From: Eledone cirrhosa
Lineage: Eukaryota
Assembly (NCBI GenBank): GCA_964016885.1
Contig: OZ024743.1
Coordinates: forward strand, 351,230,001 to 351,294,000
Length of the DNA stretch: 64,000 bases
Reading direction: 5' to 3'
Position numbers and translations under genes: made by a program. Of this stretch, positions 50,685-63,837 are shown in pieces (the first letter of the stretch is position 1; every line of letters begins with the position of its first letter). Under the pieces are notes generated by a model. It was not told the origin of the DNA. It saw only the letters and a program-made list of their open reading frames with translations, and made no database searches.

Positions 50685-50868
50685 TGTTTCTACTTTAGGC
50701 ACAAGGCCAGCAATTACCAGTGCATTACTGGTACTTTATTTTATCGACCCCGTAAGGATGAAAGGCAAAGTCAACCTCGGCGGGATTTGAACTCAGATGG
50801 TAAAAGGACGTAACTATGCTGGAAAGCATGGCGTCCGACCCTCTACCGATACTGCCAATCCACCACCC
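50685..50868 (-). mobile_element. S1 SINE with 19-bp target-site duplication
   Basis: GGGAGTAAGAGACAATAAT at 50666-50684 and 50869-50887. Confidence 0.93.
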
Positions 50869-51056
50869 GGGAGTAAGAGACAATAATGAGAAGTATACAG
50901 ATATAGGTGTATACATACATATACATGTATATATAAACATATATTTTTCACAAGTATGTGAGATTGTATGTATCACGTGATAGAGTCTCCCTCCGCCTTT
51001 TTGAGATTTTCTCGCATGCTACGGACGTATGTAGTTAGGGCTCTTCCCTGAGGCGC

Positions 51057-51145
51057 TCCCTTGATAAGCTGGCTTACCTCACAACAATGTTACATATCTA
51101 TGATATAACATTCTTGCATAGTGACCAGCGAAACTACAGTCGGGA
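51057..51145 (+). ncRNA. Type I hammerhead ribozyme, U3-A8 variant, long stem II
   Basis: tccc TTGATAA gctgg...ccagc GAAA ct ac ag TC ggga. Mirror at 50315-50403 on the minus strand. Confidence 0.78.
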
Positions 51146-51220
51146 CGAAGAAAAAATAGGTATATTGTGTCTATTATTCCTTCTTATTTTATAATATTTT
51201 ATACATATATATATATCATA

Positions 51221-51758
51221 TGAGGCTGCCCCCTCGTTATCGAGTATGGCCATTGCACGGTATACCATTGTTAATAATTATTAATTAATTCTATCGTGCA
51301 ATGCCTGTGCGAGAAGATATTTTTTAAAGTGAGGAAAGACTGTGCACTGAGCCAATCCCACTATCTGAGCGACAGTAGCTATAACCCGAAAAGAAGAAAA
51401 GATCAACATCATTGGTAACTACTGAGCGGCAGGTTTATATCGGAGTTATCCCAGTTTTTTCCTGAATTGCCTTCTCCTAGACGAATGCCCTGGCAAAGGC
51501 TAGGGGGTCCTTCACTCCCAGTGGTTTAACAGCGTGGTACATGTCTATATACATATTTACACACTTTTGGATGACCGTTGACTTTTATGAGTTCTTCCGC
51601 CCTTTGTCAGGTTTTGTTTTTTGTCCTGCAGGGTGTCCAAAATCACCCTCCTCACCAAGTAAACTTGGTGGGGTTGCCGATTTAGTCGCCGACGACCCGA
51701 CCATGCGACAGATTGTACTGGGTTACATGTTACCAGTAGCACTCAAGAGTGACCCGAC
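51221..51758 (-). mobile_element. N1 non-autonomous RTE-derived element (most complete copy)
   Basis: Homology to 2852-3324 and 40622-41047. Flanked by ATAC/ATAT repeats. Confidence 0.72.
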
Positions 51759-52079
51759 ATACATACATATACATAACGCATTGTTTATAGATATATTTCA
51801 ACGGCCATACACGTTTTCAAAGAATTCATGCATTCAACACTTACATGCACATACGTATGTCGTTATACATACATGTATTAATATTTCAATGTAATGCTGG
51901 TGGATAGGCAAAATGGTTTCAACGACAAAAAAAATCTTGCGGTAGTTAGTTACAGCCCTTTATGTTCAAAAGTCGGCAAAATATAGTACCAGCCAATTAC
52001 TAAGGTCGATTTAATCGACTACTACTTTCCCACAGCTTTCTGGCCTTTTGCCTGTTTAAAATCATTATTGTTTTATTGT

Positions 52080-52252
52080 GGCGGTGGATTGGCAGTATCG
52101 GTAGAGGGTCGGACGCCATGCTTTCCAGCATAGTTACGTCCCTTTACGATCTGAGTTCAAATCCCGCCGAGGTTGACTTTGCCTTTCATCCTTACGGGGT
52201 CGATAAAATAAAGTACCAGTAATGCACTGGCCTTGTGCCTAAAGTAGAAACA
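52080..52252 (+). mobile_element. S1 SINE with 16-bp target-site duplication
   Basis: ATTATTGTTTTATTGT on both sides. Confidence 0.92.
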
Positions 52253-53297
52253 ATTATTGTTTTATTGTTTTCATTCACCAACTCTTTTTACAACAAGTGA
52301 ACTACTGTATACTGTATATATTTGCTATTAACTATTACGTCACTGCTCCTGTGCGCATTTTGACTTTTAACCGCTCATAAATCATTCTGAAGCACTGAAC
52401 ATTATGCTCTTTCAATCACATTCTGTGTTTCATACACTTAGATATAAGCATAGTTGTGTCATTAAGGAATTCGCTTCAAGTGTACCAACGTTTTGTGAAT
52501 AATATTTAGTGAATGGAAACTTTGTGAAAACCCATTTATATATTTTTATATACATGAGTGTGTGTATGTGTGTGTCTGTGTGTGCCTGTGTGTGCGTGTG
52601 TGTTTGTGTGTGTCTGTGTGTGTCTGTGTGTGCCTCTGTGTGTGTGTGTAATAGAGTATATACCGTAGTATTTGAAGCATAGAAACATTAACTGAATGAG
52701 TATTCAATACTGGTAGGTAGATGAAGCGACTAAACACGAACTTCGAAGTCACTGCCACCTTTTTCTACAAGGATGAGCAGAAAGATATAAAGGAGAAATT
52801 AAAATGCTCTAAAACCTTGCTCAAGCTCTATTATTGACGTATAGATGCGTCTATGTATTATAATCTGAGCGTTGACTAAAGTTATTTGCTATTAAACACT
52901 AATACCGCTCATTCTTGTGTCATCAGTGTTCATAAAATATACAAAGCAAGTACGTCAGTTATTTAGTTTATCGATTTCTTTGTGTCGAAGTGCTAAATTA
53001 CAGGACCATAAACACAGACACAAACACAAACGTAAACATAAACACGGGCACATATACACAGACGCACAAACACACATATATGTGTATGTGTTTGTGCAGG
53101 CGTACATGCCATGTATGACGTGCTTCTGCAGTTTCCGTCAACTAAATTCACTCACAAGACATTCGGGAAACCCTAGAATTAGAAATTCTTCCTCTGTGCA
53201 GCAAGTGTCCCGTTTGAGAATCACAGATGTGAGAGCTGTTATAGAAAAGGTTTCTGATTTAAGCAAAATTTATTTTCAGTAAGCTTCACACATTGTT

Positions 53298-53450
53298 AGG
53301 CGGAGAATTGGCAGAATCGTTAGAACCTTCGAATAGAATGCTTTGTGGTGTTCGTTTTGGCTCGCTGCTCTCTGAGTTCAAATCCCGCCGAGGTCAACTT
53401 TCATCCATTCAAGGTCGATAAAAAGTACCAGTCCAGTATTGGGGTTGATT
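53298..53450 (+). mobile_element. Degenerate S1-related SINE
   Basis: GGCGGAGAATTGGCAGAATCGTTAGA..GAGTTCAAATCCCGCCGAGGTCAACTT. Confidence 0.75.
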
Positions 53451-54661
53451 CTTCTTCTTTATCTTTTTCTCATTCTAATTCTCTCACTCCATTAGGAGAG
53501 CACCGAAATCTATGTTGTCTTTTATTGACAAGCGCAAATCAACCAATCTATTGCATATCATACTTCTCCCATCTATCAAACTTCACATTCAACATTAAAC
53601 CAATTGGCTTTGAAGAGCTTTCATGAGTACATTAGCGACTCATGCATGTACAATGAAATGATAATGATAATAAATCAATCTTGTTTCTCCGAAAATTTCC
53701 GTCAAATGCCCTCCAAATGTTTAATGAATGGGAATGGAAGAGAAGGGAAAGAAAGGGCCCTTAAATTGTGCTGGAGTTGTCATGACACACGGTGTGTCTT
53801 GAGCATTAGAACCTGATATAACCTACCTCTCTCCAGTTCTGAACACGACTGATTTCTTCCAGAGAAGAGAGAGCGAGAGAAAAAGGAAAAATCGCCTCTA
53901 GTGCTTTATTTATCGACTCCGAAAAGGTGAAAGATAAAGTTAGCTTCGATAGGATTTGAATTCAGAGAGCCGGGGAAATACCGAGGTATTTAATCAGACG
54001 CGTTAATGACTCTGCTAATTCGCCACACTCAACATTCAAGGATCAATATGAGAAGTAAGTTTCCGAGGGTTAAATTATTGTCAAACACGGAAAACATTGA
54101 TGGGAAGCAAGAGAAAGGTTATGCAAGGTCAACTGACTTAATGTGTATAATGAAAATATGAGCTTGCAGTATTCAATTATATTTTTTAACAATTTGGTGG
54201 ATGGGAGGTCCATGTCCAAAATGACTATACCCTAGAATAGGATTGTGTTACAGGTGACAAATTGGTATAGTTTTAAAAGCAGTTGACAGATGATATTGTG
54301 ATATCAAATCCCACCGAGGTCAACTGTGCCTTTCCTCGATTCTTTTTTTCTGGGTACCCACAGTGTATAAAAGGATTAATGTCTATTAAATATAGGGTAT
54401 CACTGATAGGAAAACAAGGTCGAGCAAAATCTTAAGTGAGGAGAGCTTGTGACAGGATGTGTAAGCTGAAGAAGGAAACAGTAGGGCGGTAGAGGTATGC
54501 GGAGTAGGAAGAAGAAGGAAAAGATTATTAGAAAGCAATATTGATACAGAGCTGCTGTAATGGTTGAAATATATTGTACTGCGATATTTGTTTTAGTATG
54601 AAGCATGACGTCATCATAGCAAAGTTGAAAGGTTGTTCATACAGACGGTCGAACAACACGC

Positions 54662-54702
<41 letters not shown>

Positions 54703-55141
54703 CTGCAGACGTATCGGTTCTGCTTCTGGTCGCATTCAAACATTGATATTCTATTGAATGTCAGGAGTAGGTGCATAATTAAAGTAAGAACAGGACACTG
54801 TCTCAAACTGGAATTTAATTATAATTTAATTTTACAAGGGAAGAAAATAACTAAAATATATAAAAATTAATTGTGGAATAGAATTTATAATAAAATATGC
54901 CGACTAAATTGTGAATATACCTGAATGCATATATGTGTATGTGTTCATGTGTATATGTTCATATGTATGTATGTGAGTATTTTGTATGTATCTGTGTGTA
55001 TCTGTGTCTGTGTGGGGGTGCACATTATGCCCATGTATTTATATATACGCATAATGTATTACCTTTGTAAATAGGGAGATACATACAGACAAGCAAATAG
55101 GTAGCTAGATAGATAGACCGATAGATAGACAGATAGCTAAA

Positions 55142-57710
55142 TTTCTTTATTAGCCACAAGGGCACAAAAGAAGGGGACAAATACAAATGGGGAGTTTACA
55201 TACAGGTATATGAAAATAAAACTATTAATAAAATAACAAATAACAATTGATATCCCCAATAGGGGGGAGGCGTTACATAGGGGTTGTACACACCCCGAAA
55301 AAATGTATAACCCTCATCTCCAGGAGCACCAAGAGTGAGTACTCCCTTCCTCTCTTCCTCTTTTTCCTCAACCTACAGGCTTATATAGAGAGAAGGCCCA
55401 ACCACTCGGGCCATCTTTGCCACATTCACCCACCTTTTATAAAATTTGCTGGGGTACAGCACCTCTCTCTCCATCCGGATTCTTCTTCCAAAATGATATT
55501 TGAAAAAACGAATCAGTTGCTCGCCCGAGAGAAAGGTGTCTGACCTCAGCCCTTTTAACCTCGTCCACCATATAAGCTCTTTCACCATAGCCATAACACA
55601 TAGGAAAACCACCTCTCCCTCGTTTTTGAAGGAGGGTGGCGGTTTGATCATGACAATGGACTCGGTGGTCAACTGGATTGGTCCCACCCGCAACAATAGT
55701 CGTTCTACATAGCCCCACAGGTCGGTAACGCCCGGGCAGTGTACAAATGTGTGCGTGACGGACAGATCTTTTTCGAAGGGTCCCTACCCGGGCGCCCGTG
55801 TCTGTACAGCTTGTCTCGAACTGGTAGAGCTCCTTGGTAGTACTGCCAGGCCAGGGAATTTTGGATGTTGTCCATTGGTCCCATGCGGAAGGTCCTACCG
55901 AACAGACTGGCCAGTTCATCCTCCTCTACGCCTAGAGTTTGTCCGAGCGTGTCGTCGCACTTGCTGCGGACCAATCCTCTATAGTATGTCGAAGTGGAGT
56001 CTCCACTGATCGCCGGGTCCGTTTGCCAGAGGACTGTGAGCGCCTGAGCACATTCGATGTGCCAGTCGCCCATTTTCCTCGGTTTTGCTTGACCCAGGAC
56101 TACAGCTCGGTCAGCGAGACGAGTCGTGGGAATGCTCGCCTCACGAACGGGGCCCACACCGGTGGTACGGTGAGGAATACGTTGGGGTGCCGCAGCCTGA
56201 GCGCGTGTTTGCGCATCGTCAGCCACGGCATCCCCAGCCCTCCGTTTGAAGGGTGTTGGCAGCAGATGGATCTTCACACCAAAGGAACCCGTTTCTTCCA
56301 AAGGAAGCTTGTTTCTTCCATTTTGGTGAGCGTTTTGGTTGGACAAGACACGACGGTCAAGCGGTAGTAGATGACGGACGCTATAAAAGTGCTCGCCACC
56401 TCCACTCGACATTTCAAGGATAGTTTGCACTCGGCCTACTTCTGGGTGAGCGCAAACACCTTGGCCGTCGCCTCGTTCCAGTTCTTCTCCACCTGGAGGT
56501 CCGGACCAAACCAGACCCTGAGCAGCTTTACCGGTCCTTCCGTACAGCGTCCGACGACGCCATCTGAAGGCATCGGTTTGCCTCTCCACAATCCGAGTTG
56601 CAAACCGATGGACTTGTCCCGGTTCAGTTCGCTCCTGTGAACCTTTCGTATTCCTTCAATAAGGTGCCAACTTCCTCGATTTGCGAGGTGCTCGACACCA
56701 TTACTGTCACGTCGTCGGCGTAGGCCGACGCCGCTTTCCGCAGTCCCGGTTCCAGGGGGATGCCCTGCAATAGCTCCAACTTCTGCAGTAGTGGCTCGAG
56801 AGTCAGTACGTACAGAAGGGAGGGGAGAGGACATCCCTGTCGATGGTAAACGATGGTAACGATGGTCAACCCTATCGAAAGCCTTAGACTGATCCAAGTT
56901 GATCAGGGCCCCACCGAAGCCGGGTTTACACCCTACCCTCTCTATGATGTATTGCATGAGGTGGAGGTTGTCGTGTATGAACCTGGTCGGGATTGCGCAT
57001 GTCTGCGCTTCTCCCACCAGGTTTTCGACGACAAGCGTCAACCTCTTTGCCAACACCTTGACCAAAATCTGTAACTCTGTGTTGAGCAGAGTTATGGGCC
57101 GGAAGTTGCCTATGTCATCCCCCTTATTCTCGTGCTTCCTGACTAACGTGAGTACGCCCTTGGTCACAGAACTGGGAATTCTCCTGTTCTACTGCCAGTT
57201 GCAGTAGACCGCTTCCAGGAGACCGGAGAACAAGTCCGGCATAGCTACGTAAAATTCGTAGGGTAGACCGTCGAGACCTGGAGATTTGCGTTTGCCGCAT
57301 TGGCTCAGCGCGTCCCCTATCTCAGCGGCCGAAATCGGCCTTTCGCAGAACTTCGCCTCGCTGTCTGAGAGTCGCGGTAGGCCGTCGAGGTATGGACCGA
57401 AATCCATAGCCCCTCCCGGCACACCGCCCTGCCTGAACAGTTGAGCAAAGTGCCGCAAAGTGCCACATTTGTTTCGACTCACGTATCACGCGCCCGTCTT
57501 GGTCCTTCAAAGACCGAATCGTGGGCTTGTTGCCACTTTTCGCCTCCGTCACCCGGGCCCAGCTAACAGCTTTGGCTCCCTCGTTTCCCAGAGCACGTAT
57601 TTTGCTTCTGACAACACAGCCTTCATGTTTTGCGTCGAAGAACTGGTCCAAGGCCATTCTCGTTGCTAGCACGCTGGCTACGTTTCCACTCCTAAGTGCC
57701 TCTTCTACTT
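55142..57710 (-). mobile_element. 5'-truncated Tx1-clade LINE (element C) between GATA tracts, with an internal deletion at ~56850
   Basis: ORF2 fragments FRPITLLN, DQSKAFDRV, AYADD. Closely related to element B. Confidence 0.94.
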
Positions 57711-57743
57711 GATAGATAGACAGATATATAGATAGATAGAAAT

Positions 57744-57813
<70 letters not shown>

Positions 57814-57843
57814 TTATTTGCCATAGATAGACAGATAGATAGA
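57711..57843. repeat. (GATA)n spacer between LINEs C and E
   Basis: Direct reading. Confidence 0.98.
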
Positions 57844-58076
57844 TTTCTTTATTAGCCACAAGGGCGCACAAGAAAGGGGGACAATACAAAGACATGTCAG
57901 GGATTTTTCATACAGTTGTGTAAAAATATAAAAACAAACAATTACAACAATCGAAATCCCCAATAGGGGGGAGGCGCCACAAATGGGTTGTTTAATACCC
58001 CGTCGATAGAACAACCCTCAACTCCAGGAGCATGCTGTGTAAGTGCTCCCTTCTTCCTTTTGCTCTCTTCCTCAAC

Positions 58077-61000
58077 CTACAGGCTTATAAACAGAGAAGG
58101 CCCAATCACTCGGGCCATTTTCGCTTCATTCACCCATCTTTCAGTAAATTTATTGGGGTGCAGTGCCTCTCTCTCCACTTTGATTCTCCTTCTAAAGTGA
58201 TACTTAAAGAAGGGAATCAATTGTTGACCGGAGAGAAAGGCATCTGTCCTCAGTCCTCTCAATCTCGTCCACCATATAACCTTTTTCACCATAGCCACCG
58301 TACAGAGGAAAACCGCCTCTCTTTCTTTTTTGAAAGAGGCTGGCGGTTTGATCCTTATTATGGACTCGGCAGTCAACTGGATTTGTCCCATAGGCTACAG
58401 CAGTTGTTCTGCATAGTTCCAAAGGTCGGTTACGCCCGGGCAATGTACAATTGCGTGCAGGGCTGTTTCAATGTCCTGTGTGCATCTTGGACACGTCCTC
58501 TTGGAAGGATCCGTGCCTGTAGATCTTGTCACGAACCGGTAGAGCTCCTCAGTAGCACTTCCAGGCCAGGGACCTCTGGAAGTTGTCCATAGGTTCCGGG
58601 CGGAAAGTCCTACCAAACAGACTGGTGAGCTCATCGTCTTTGGCGCCCAGAGTCTCTCTGAGCACGTCGTGGCCCTTGTAACGTACGATCCCTCTATAGA
58701 ATGTCGAAGTGGAGTCTCCACTGATTGCCGCGCCCGCTTGCCAGAGGACTGTGAGCGCCTGAGCGCCTTCAATGTGCCAGGCGCCCATCGATTTCGGTCT
58801 TTTCTTGACCCAGGACTGCAGCTCCGTCAGCGAGATGAGCTGTGGGAAAACCTGTCTCACAAACGGTGCCCACACCGGTTGGGGGTCGGTGAGGAATACC
58901 TGGAGATACCGCAGCCTCAGCGCATGTTTGCACATCATCAGCCACGGCATTCCCAGCCCTCCGTTGGAAGGGTGCTGACAGCAGACGGATCTCTTCACCA
59001 GCGGAGCCTGCTTCTTCCACAGAAACTGGGAGAGCATGCGTTCCATCTTGGCGAGGTGTTCACGGGGACAAGGCACGATAGTCAAGCGGTAGTAGATGAC
59101 GGACGCTATGAAAGTGTTCGCCACCTCCGCTCGACCTTTCAAGGACAGTTTGCACTCTGCCCACTTCTGGATGAGTGCAAGCACCTTGGCCGTGATCTCG
59201 TTCCAGTTTTTCTCCACCTGGAGGTCTGGACCTAACCAGACCCCGAGCAATTTCACCGGTCCGTCCGTCCAGCGTCCAACGACGCTGTCGGACGTCATCG
59301 GTTTGCCTCTCCACGTACCGAGTTACAAACCGACAGACTTGTCCGGGTTTAGTTTTGCTCCCGTCAGCGTTTCGTATTCTTTCAGTAAGTTGCCGATCAT
59401 CCCGATTTCCGAGGTACTCGACACCATTACCGTTACGTCGTCGGCATAAGCCGACGCCGCTTTGCACAGTCCTGGTTCTAGAGGGATGCCCTGCAACAGC
59501 TCCAATTTCCGCAGTAGTGGCTCTAGAGTCAATACATACAGAATGGAGGAGAGAGGGCACCCCTGTCGAATGGAACGCGTGATTGCGAACGGCTCCGATA
59601 GGTAGCCGTTCACCTTGACCCTCGAGCAGATGCTGGTGTGCATCGCCTCGATCCAGCCTCTGAACATAGGGCCGAAACCGGCCGCCTTGAGAACCGCTTC
59701 CAAGTATCGATGGTCGACCCTATCGAATGCCTTAGACTGATCCAAATTGATCAGAGCCCCACCGAAGCCGGGTTTACTGCCCACCCTCTCTATGATGTAT
59801 CGCATGAGGTGGAGGTTGTCGTGTATGGACCTGGTCGGGATTGCACACGTTTGCGCTTTCCCTACCAGGTTCTTGACGACAAGCGCCAACCTTGTCGCTA
59901 GCACCTTGGCCAAAATCTTTAACTCAGTGTTGAGCAGAGTTATGGGCCTGAAGTTGTTAATTTTGTCCCCCTTGTTCTCGTCTCTCCTGATCAGCGTTAC
60001 TACGCCCTTGCCTGCAGAACTGGGAATTCTCCCGTTCTGCTGCCAATTGCAGTAGACGGCTTCGAGGACGCCGGAGAACAAGTCCGGTATGCCTATGTAA
60101 AACTCGTAGGGTAGACCATCTAGACCGGGTGACTTACGTTTCCCGCAGCGGCCCAGAGCGTCCCGTATCTCAGTGTCCGTGATCGGACTTTCGCAGAACT
60201 CGGCGTCCGTGTTCGAGAGACGCGGCAGGCCGTCGAGGTATGAACTAAAGTCCATTGGCCCGTTCGGCTCACCGTTGTTCTGCTCAAACAGTCGCGCAAA
60301 GTGCCGCTGAAAGGGCGCGCACATTTCCTTGGGGTCAAGTAGCACGCGTCCGTTTTGGTCTTTCAAAGACCGAATCGTGGACTTGTTGCCACTTTTTGCC
60401 TCCACCACTCGGGCCCAGCTGACAGCTTTCGCTCCTTCGTTTCCTAGAGCACGTGTTTTGCTTCTGACCACGCAGCCTTCGTGTTTCGCATCGAAGAACT
60501 GGTCCAGTGCCATTCTCGACGCTAACACTCTAGCCGCGTTGCCACTTCTAAGTGCCTCCGCTACCTTGGCTACTAGTTCTCTCTCTATTCTGTTTTTCTC
60601 TAAGGCTAACTCTCTGCTATACCCTATCGATTCTATTCTAATTGCTTTCTTGAGAGAGTACCATCATCTATTGTTGACGATGGCTCCCGTTAACTGTTGC
60701 TTGACTAGTCTACTTATCCGTTCACTGTAAGTTTTACGTGCCGGCAACGACACGTTCAGCTTCCAGTATCCGGGTCCCTGTCTATGTATTCTATCACGAT
60801 TGACTAAGCAGACGACTAACTTGTGATCTGAATAGGCAACCATGTGCATTCGTGGACAGCTTAACATCTCCTTGTCCCTTTCTCTAATGAAGAACGATCT
60901 AGATGTCCCGCTGCGGTTTGCCCACGTCCACTGTGGTGCAGTCGGGAAATCCAGTCGATACCTATCGGCCAGTTGGAATTGGCCGATTAAAGTTTTGAGG

Positions 61001-61488
61001 CTGTTGCACCCCGCTCTACTGGAACATGCTCTCACATAGTCCCATCGTGCATCTAGGATACCATTCCAGTCCTCCACTAAAAGTAAGGAGCGAGACGTTC
61101 CCAGAAAAGACTCTAGACGCTTAAAGAAGTCTGGCCGTGATTGCGATTGCCCGGTCGGGGCATAAACGGCCACCAGTCTGAAGGCTCCACCTCCAATACT
61201 GTTCACGTCTAGGACTACCAGTCTTCCCTCCGGGTCCAAGTGTACTTGCTGTACTTCGACGTCCAGGTTCTTCCGAAACATGACAGCCACTCCACCTCCG
61301 CCTCCTGGCTGACAGAGAGATGCGTAGATCTCAAAGTCGTCGAAGATGGGGGTTAGTTGCTGCCTGTTGTGGATCCTGGACTCGGTGATGGCTATCGCAT
61401 CCATACTGTGTGACCTAAGGTCGTTTAAAAGTTGGCCCTGTTTCCCTAGGCCACGCACATTCACGGTTCCAACTCGTAAACTAGCCAT
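58077..61488 (-). pseudogene. LINE ORF2 (APE-RT) with stops and frameshifts
   Basis: MASLRVGTVNVRGL, SDHK, RQGCPLS, AYADD, CPRCTQDIETALHAIVHC. Stops at ~60664 and ~59323. Confidence 0.93.
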
Positions 61489-61574
61489 GTTGGTGAAGAA
61501 AAGTTGGAGAAAAAGGACGAAAAGGTGCACTTACCTTTTCGTTTCCTGGAGATCGGGTTGTTCAATCTCCATTT

Positions 61575-63287
61575 AGGTGCTGGATAGGGTGTTGGGTGGG
61601 GTGGGGAAATATTTTAACAGGACGCGGTTGATGGGTTTCTGGCAGGAGTTGCCCACGTCCTGTGAAAATTTATTTTTAAGGTCACTATAGATCTCTATAG
61701 AAACCCTTATAAGTTTAAGGTGTGGAGACGATTCTGCCTTGGCGAAAGTTTAGCCCTCCGTCTCCACCTTGGGGTTTTGGGAGATGACCTCCATCAAACT
61801 CTTGTTGTTTGTGTTGATGTATGCGTATTGTTGTTTGTGTTTTTGTTGCGTTGTTTTAGTTTGTTGTTCGTCCGGGAGGTTTCTTTTTATGGTGGGTGCT
61901 TGTGTTTGGGGTGGTGTTGGTGTTGGTTTTGCTGGTAGGAGGATGTTTGACTGTGGTATTGTTTGTGTTGTTGTTTGTGTCTGTGGTTGTGTGTTGGTGT
62001 TGGTGATTGGAGTTTTGGGGGTTTTGTGGTGTCTCTTTTTTTTTTATATTTCCGCGGCTCTCCCTCTTCTTCACTTAAAAGAGAAGCAGCTTCATCCGTC
62101 GATGAATAATCATAGTCAGATGTGTGGGGTAGGGGTATATTGTGTGATGGTGGTGTTTCGGTGTGTGTGTTTGTGGTAGTGTTTGATGGAGTGGGTTGGA
62201 GTGGGGCTGTTGTCTCTGTTTTTTTCTGTTGTTGTTGGTTGAGTGTCAGTTTGTTTTGGTGTGGTTGCCCGTTTCGTCTGTCGTTGTACTTGTGGTGATG
62301 GTGGTTGCTTTGGTGTTGGTGTTGGTAACAGTGTTTTCTTTTGTATTGTTTTGGTTGAGGGTGTTTGTAAAGAGCAGGAGGCCTTTAGGTGTGTGGTGCT
62401 ATTGCAACGAAAGCAATGTGGTTTTCGTCCCTCAACTACAATGTTTATGTGGCTGTTGTTGTCCACCATTACTTTTTCTGGTATTTTGGAGATTCTTTCC
62501 GGGCTCATTTGCACCAGAATCTCCAAATTTGTACCAGACCAGGTGTGTCTGGTTGACTTTTTGATGGAGAGAATAGTGTCTTTTCTCTCCTCTAAAAATC
62601 CTGCCAATATCCACCAAATATTAATATTTGGTGGTATGCTTGTAACTCTAATTTTTTGTGTCCTTTTTTCCTAGGTATGTAGGGAAAAGGGTGTATTTTT
62701 GTGACAGTATTGGCGTCACTGAATATCTTTGTGCAAGGGCCTCCCTTTTGAGCAGTACCGAAATACTCCCGTACTGTTTGGCCCTCTGCATAAAGTCAAT
62801 GTCTGGCAATATCTGTATTAAGGCTGCCTCAATTTCCCCTTGACTGAGGAATGTTGGTCGTTTTGTTTCATTTGAAACAATTCTGAAGGTGATTGTCCTT
62901 CGAAATGTTTCCAGACGAATTTCTGGGGGTGAGTTTATCTGAAATCCCCCGTTTTTACCGAAAGTGATAAACTCCTTTGCTTCAGAGAGCATCTGTTTCG
63001 CATTGGAGATATCGAGATCCGTGAAATCTTGTGTCTTGGTGACTGTTTGAGCAAAAGATTTTTTGGTGTTGTTGTTGTTGATGTTGTTGTTGTGGTTGTC
63101 GGGTTTTCCGTTTGTAGTTGTGTCAATAGTTTTATTTTCTGTTGTTTTTTCCGTCTGTTGTACTATGTGTGGTTCGATCTTGTTTTTATTTTTGTTGTTC
63201 ATATTGGTTTCCATAGTGACGCCAATACATGCGGAGTGAGAAGTAACGTTATTATTATTATTTGTGACTGTTTCTGTATAAGTTATT

Positions 63288-63327
<40 letters not shown>

Positions 63328-63558
63328 GGTTGTCGGGTTTTTCGTTTGTAGTTGTGTCAATTGTTTTGTTTTTTGTTGATTTTAGTGTGTGTTGTATACT
63401 GTGTGGTTCACTGTGCGATTCAAATTTGTTTGTGTTGTCTACACTTTCGTTACACAAAACTTTGTTGTTAACTGCCTCGATACAGGCAGAATTTTTAGCA
63501 ACGTTAAAGTCTATTTCTTTTCTTCAACATTCGCTCGTGTTCCTTGAACGCTTGCCAT
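61575..63558 (-). pseudogene. LINE ORF1 (Asn/Thr-rich, CCHC knuckle), frameshifted
   Basis: ORFs 62648-63457 and 62116-62607 (CFRCNSTTHLKASC). Boundaries approximate. Confidence 0.8.
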
Positions 63559-63736
63559 AGCTGATGGCAAAATATTAAAAATGTTTAAACAGTTTTCAAA
63601 TTAATTTCAAATTAAATTTAGATTGCCACTCAGCTAATCTACAAAACGATGTGTTTTTTTTAAACAAGAATTTCTGTTTTTTTGTAAATAAATTGACAGA
63701 AACTTACCAGCCAAATTGTGTCCGTTCAGCTACCAA

Positions 63737-63761
63737 GAGAGATAGAGAGATAGATAGATAT

Positions 63762-63836
<75 letters not shown>
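63737..63836. repeat. (GATA)n spacer
   Basis: Direct reading. Confidence 0.98.
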
Positions 63837-63837
63837 T

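Larger units (their letters stand above)
50092..51201. mobile_element. Retrozyme-like element (~593-bp unit, partial tandem plus inverted copy) interrupted by a SINE
   Basis: 50092-50175 recurs at 50888-50970. 50259-50491 is inverted at 50969-51201. Confidence 0.75.
57844..63736 (-). mobile_element. Full-length Tx1-clade LINE (element E) flanked by (GATA)n
   Basis: 5'UTR, disrupted ORF1 and ORF2, and 3'UTR ending GTGGCTAATAAAGAAA(TCTA)n. Confidence 0.95.
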
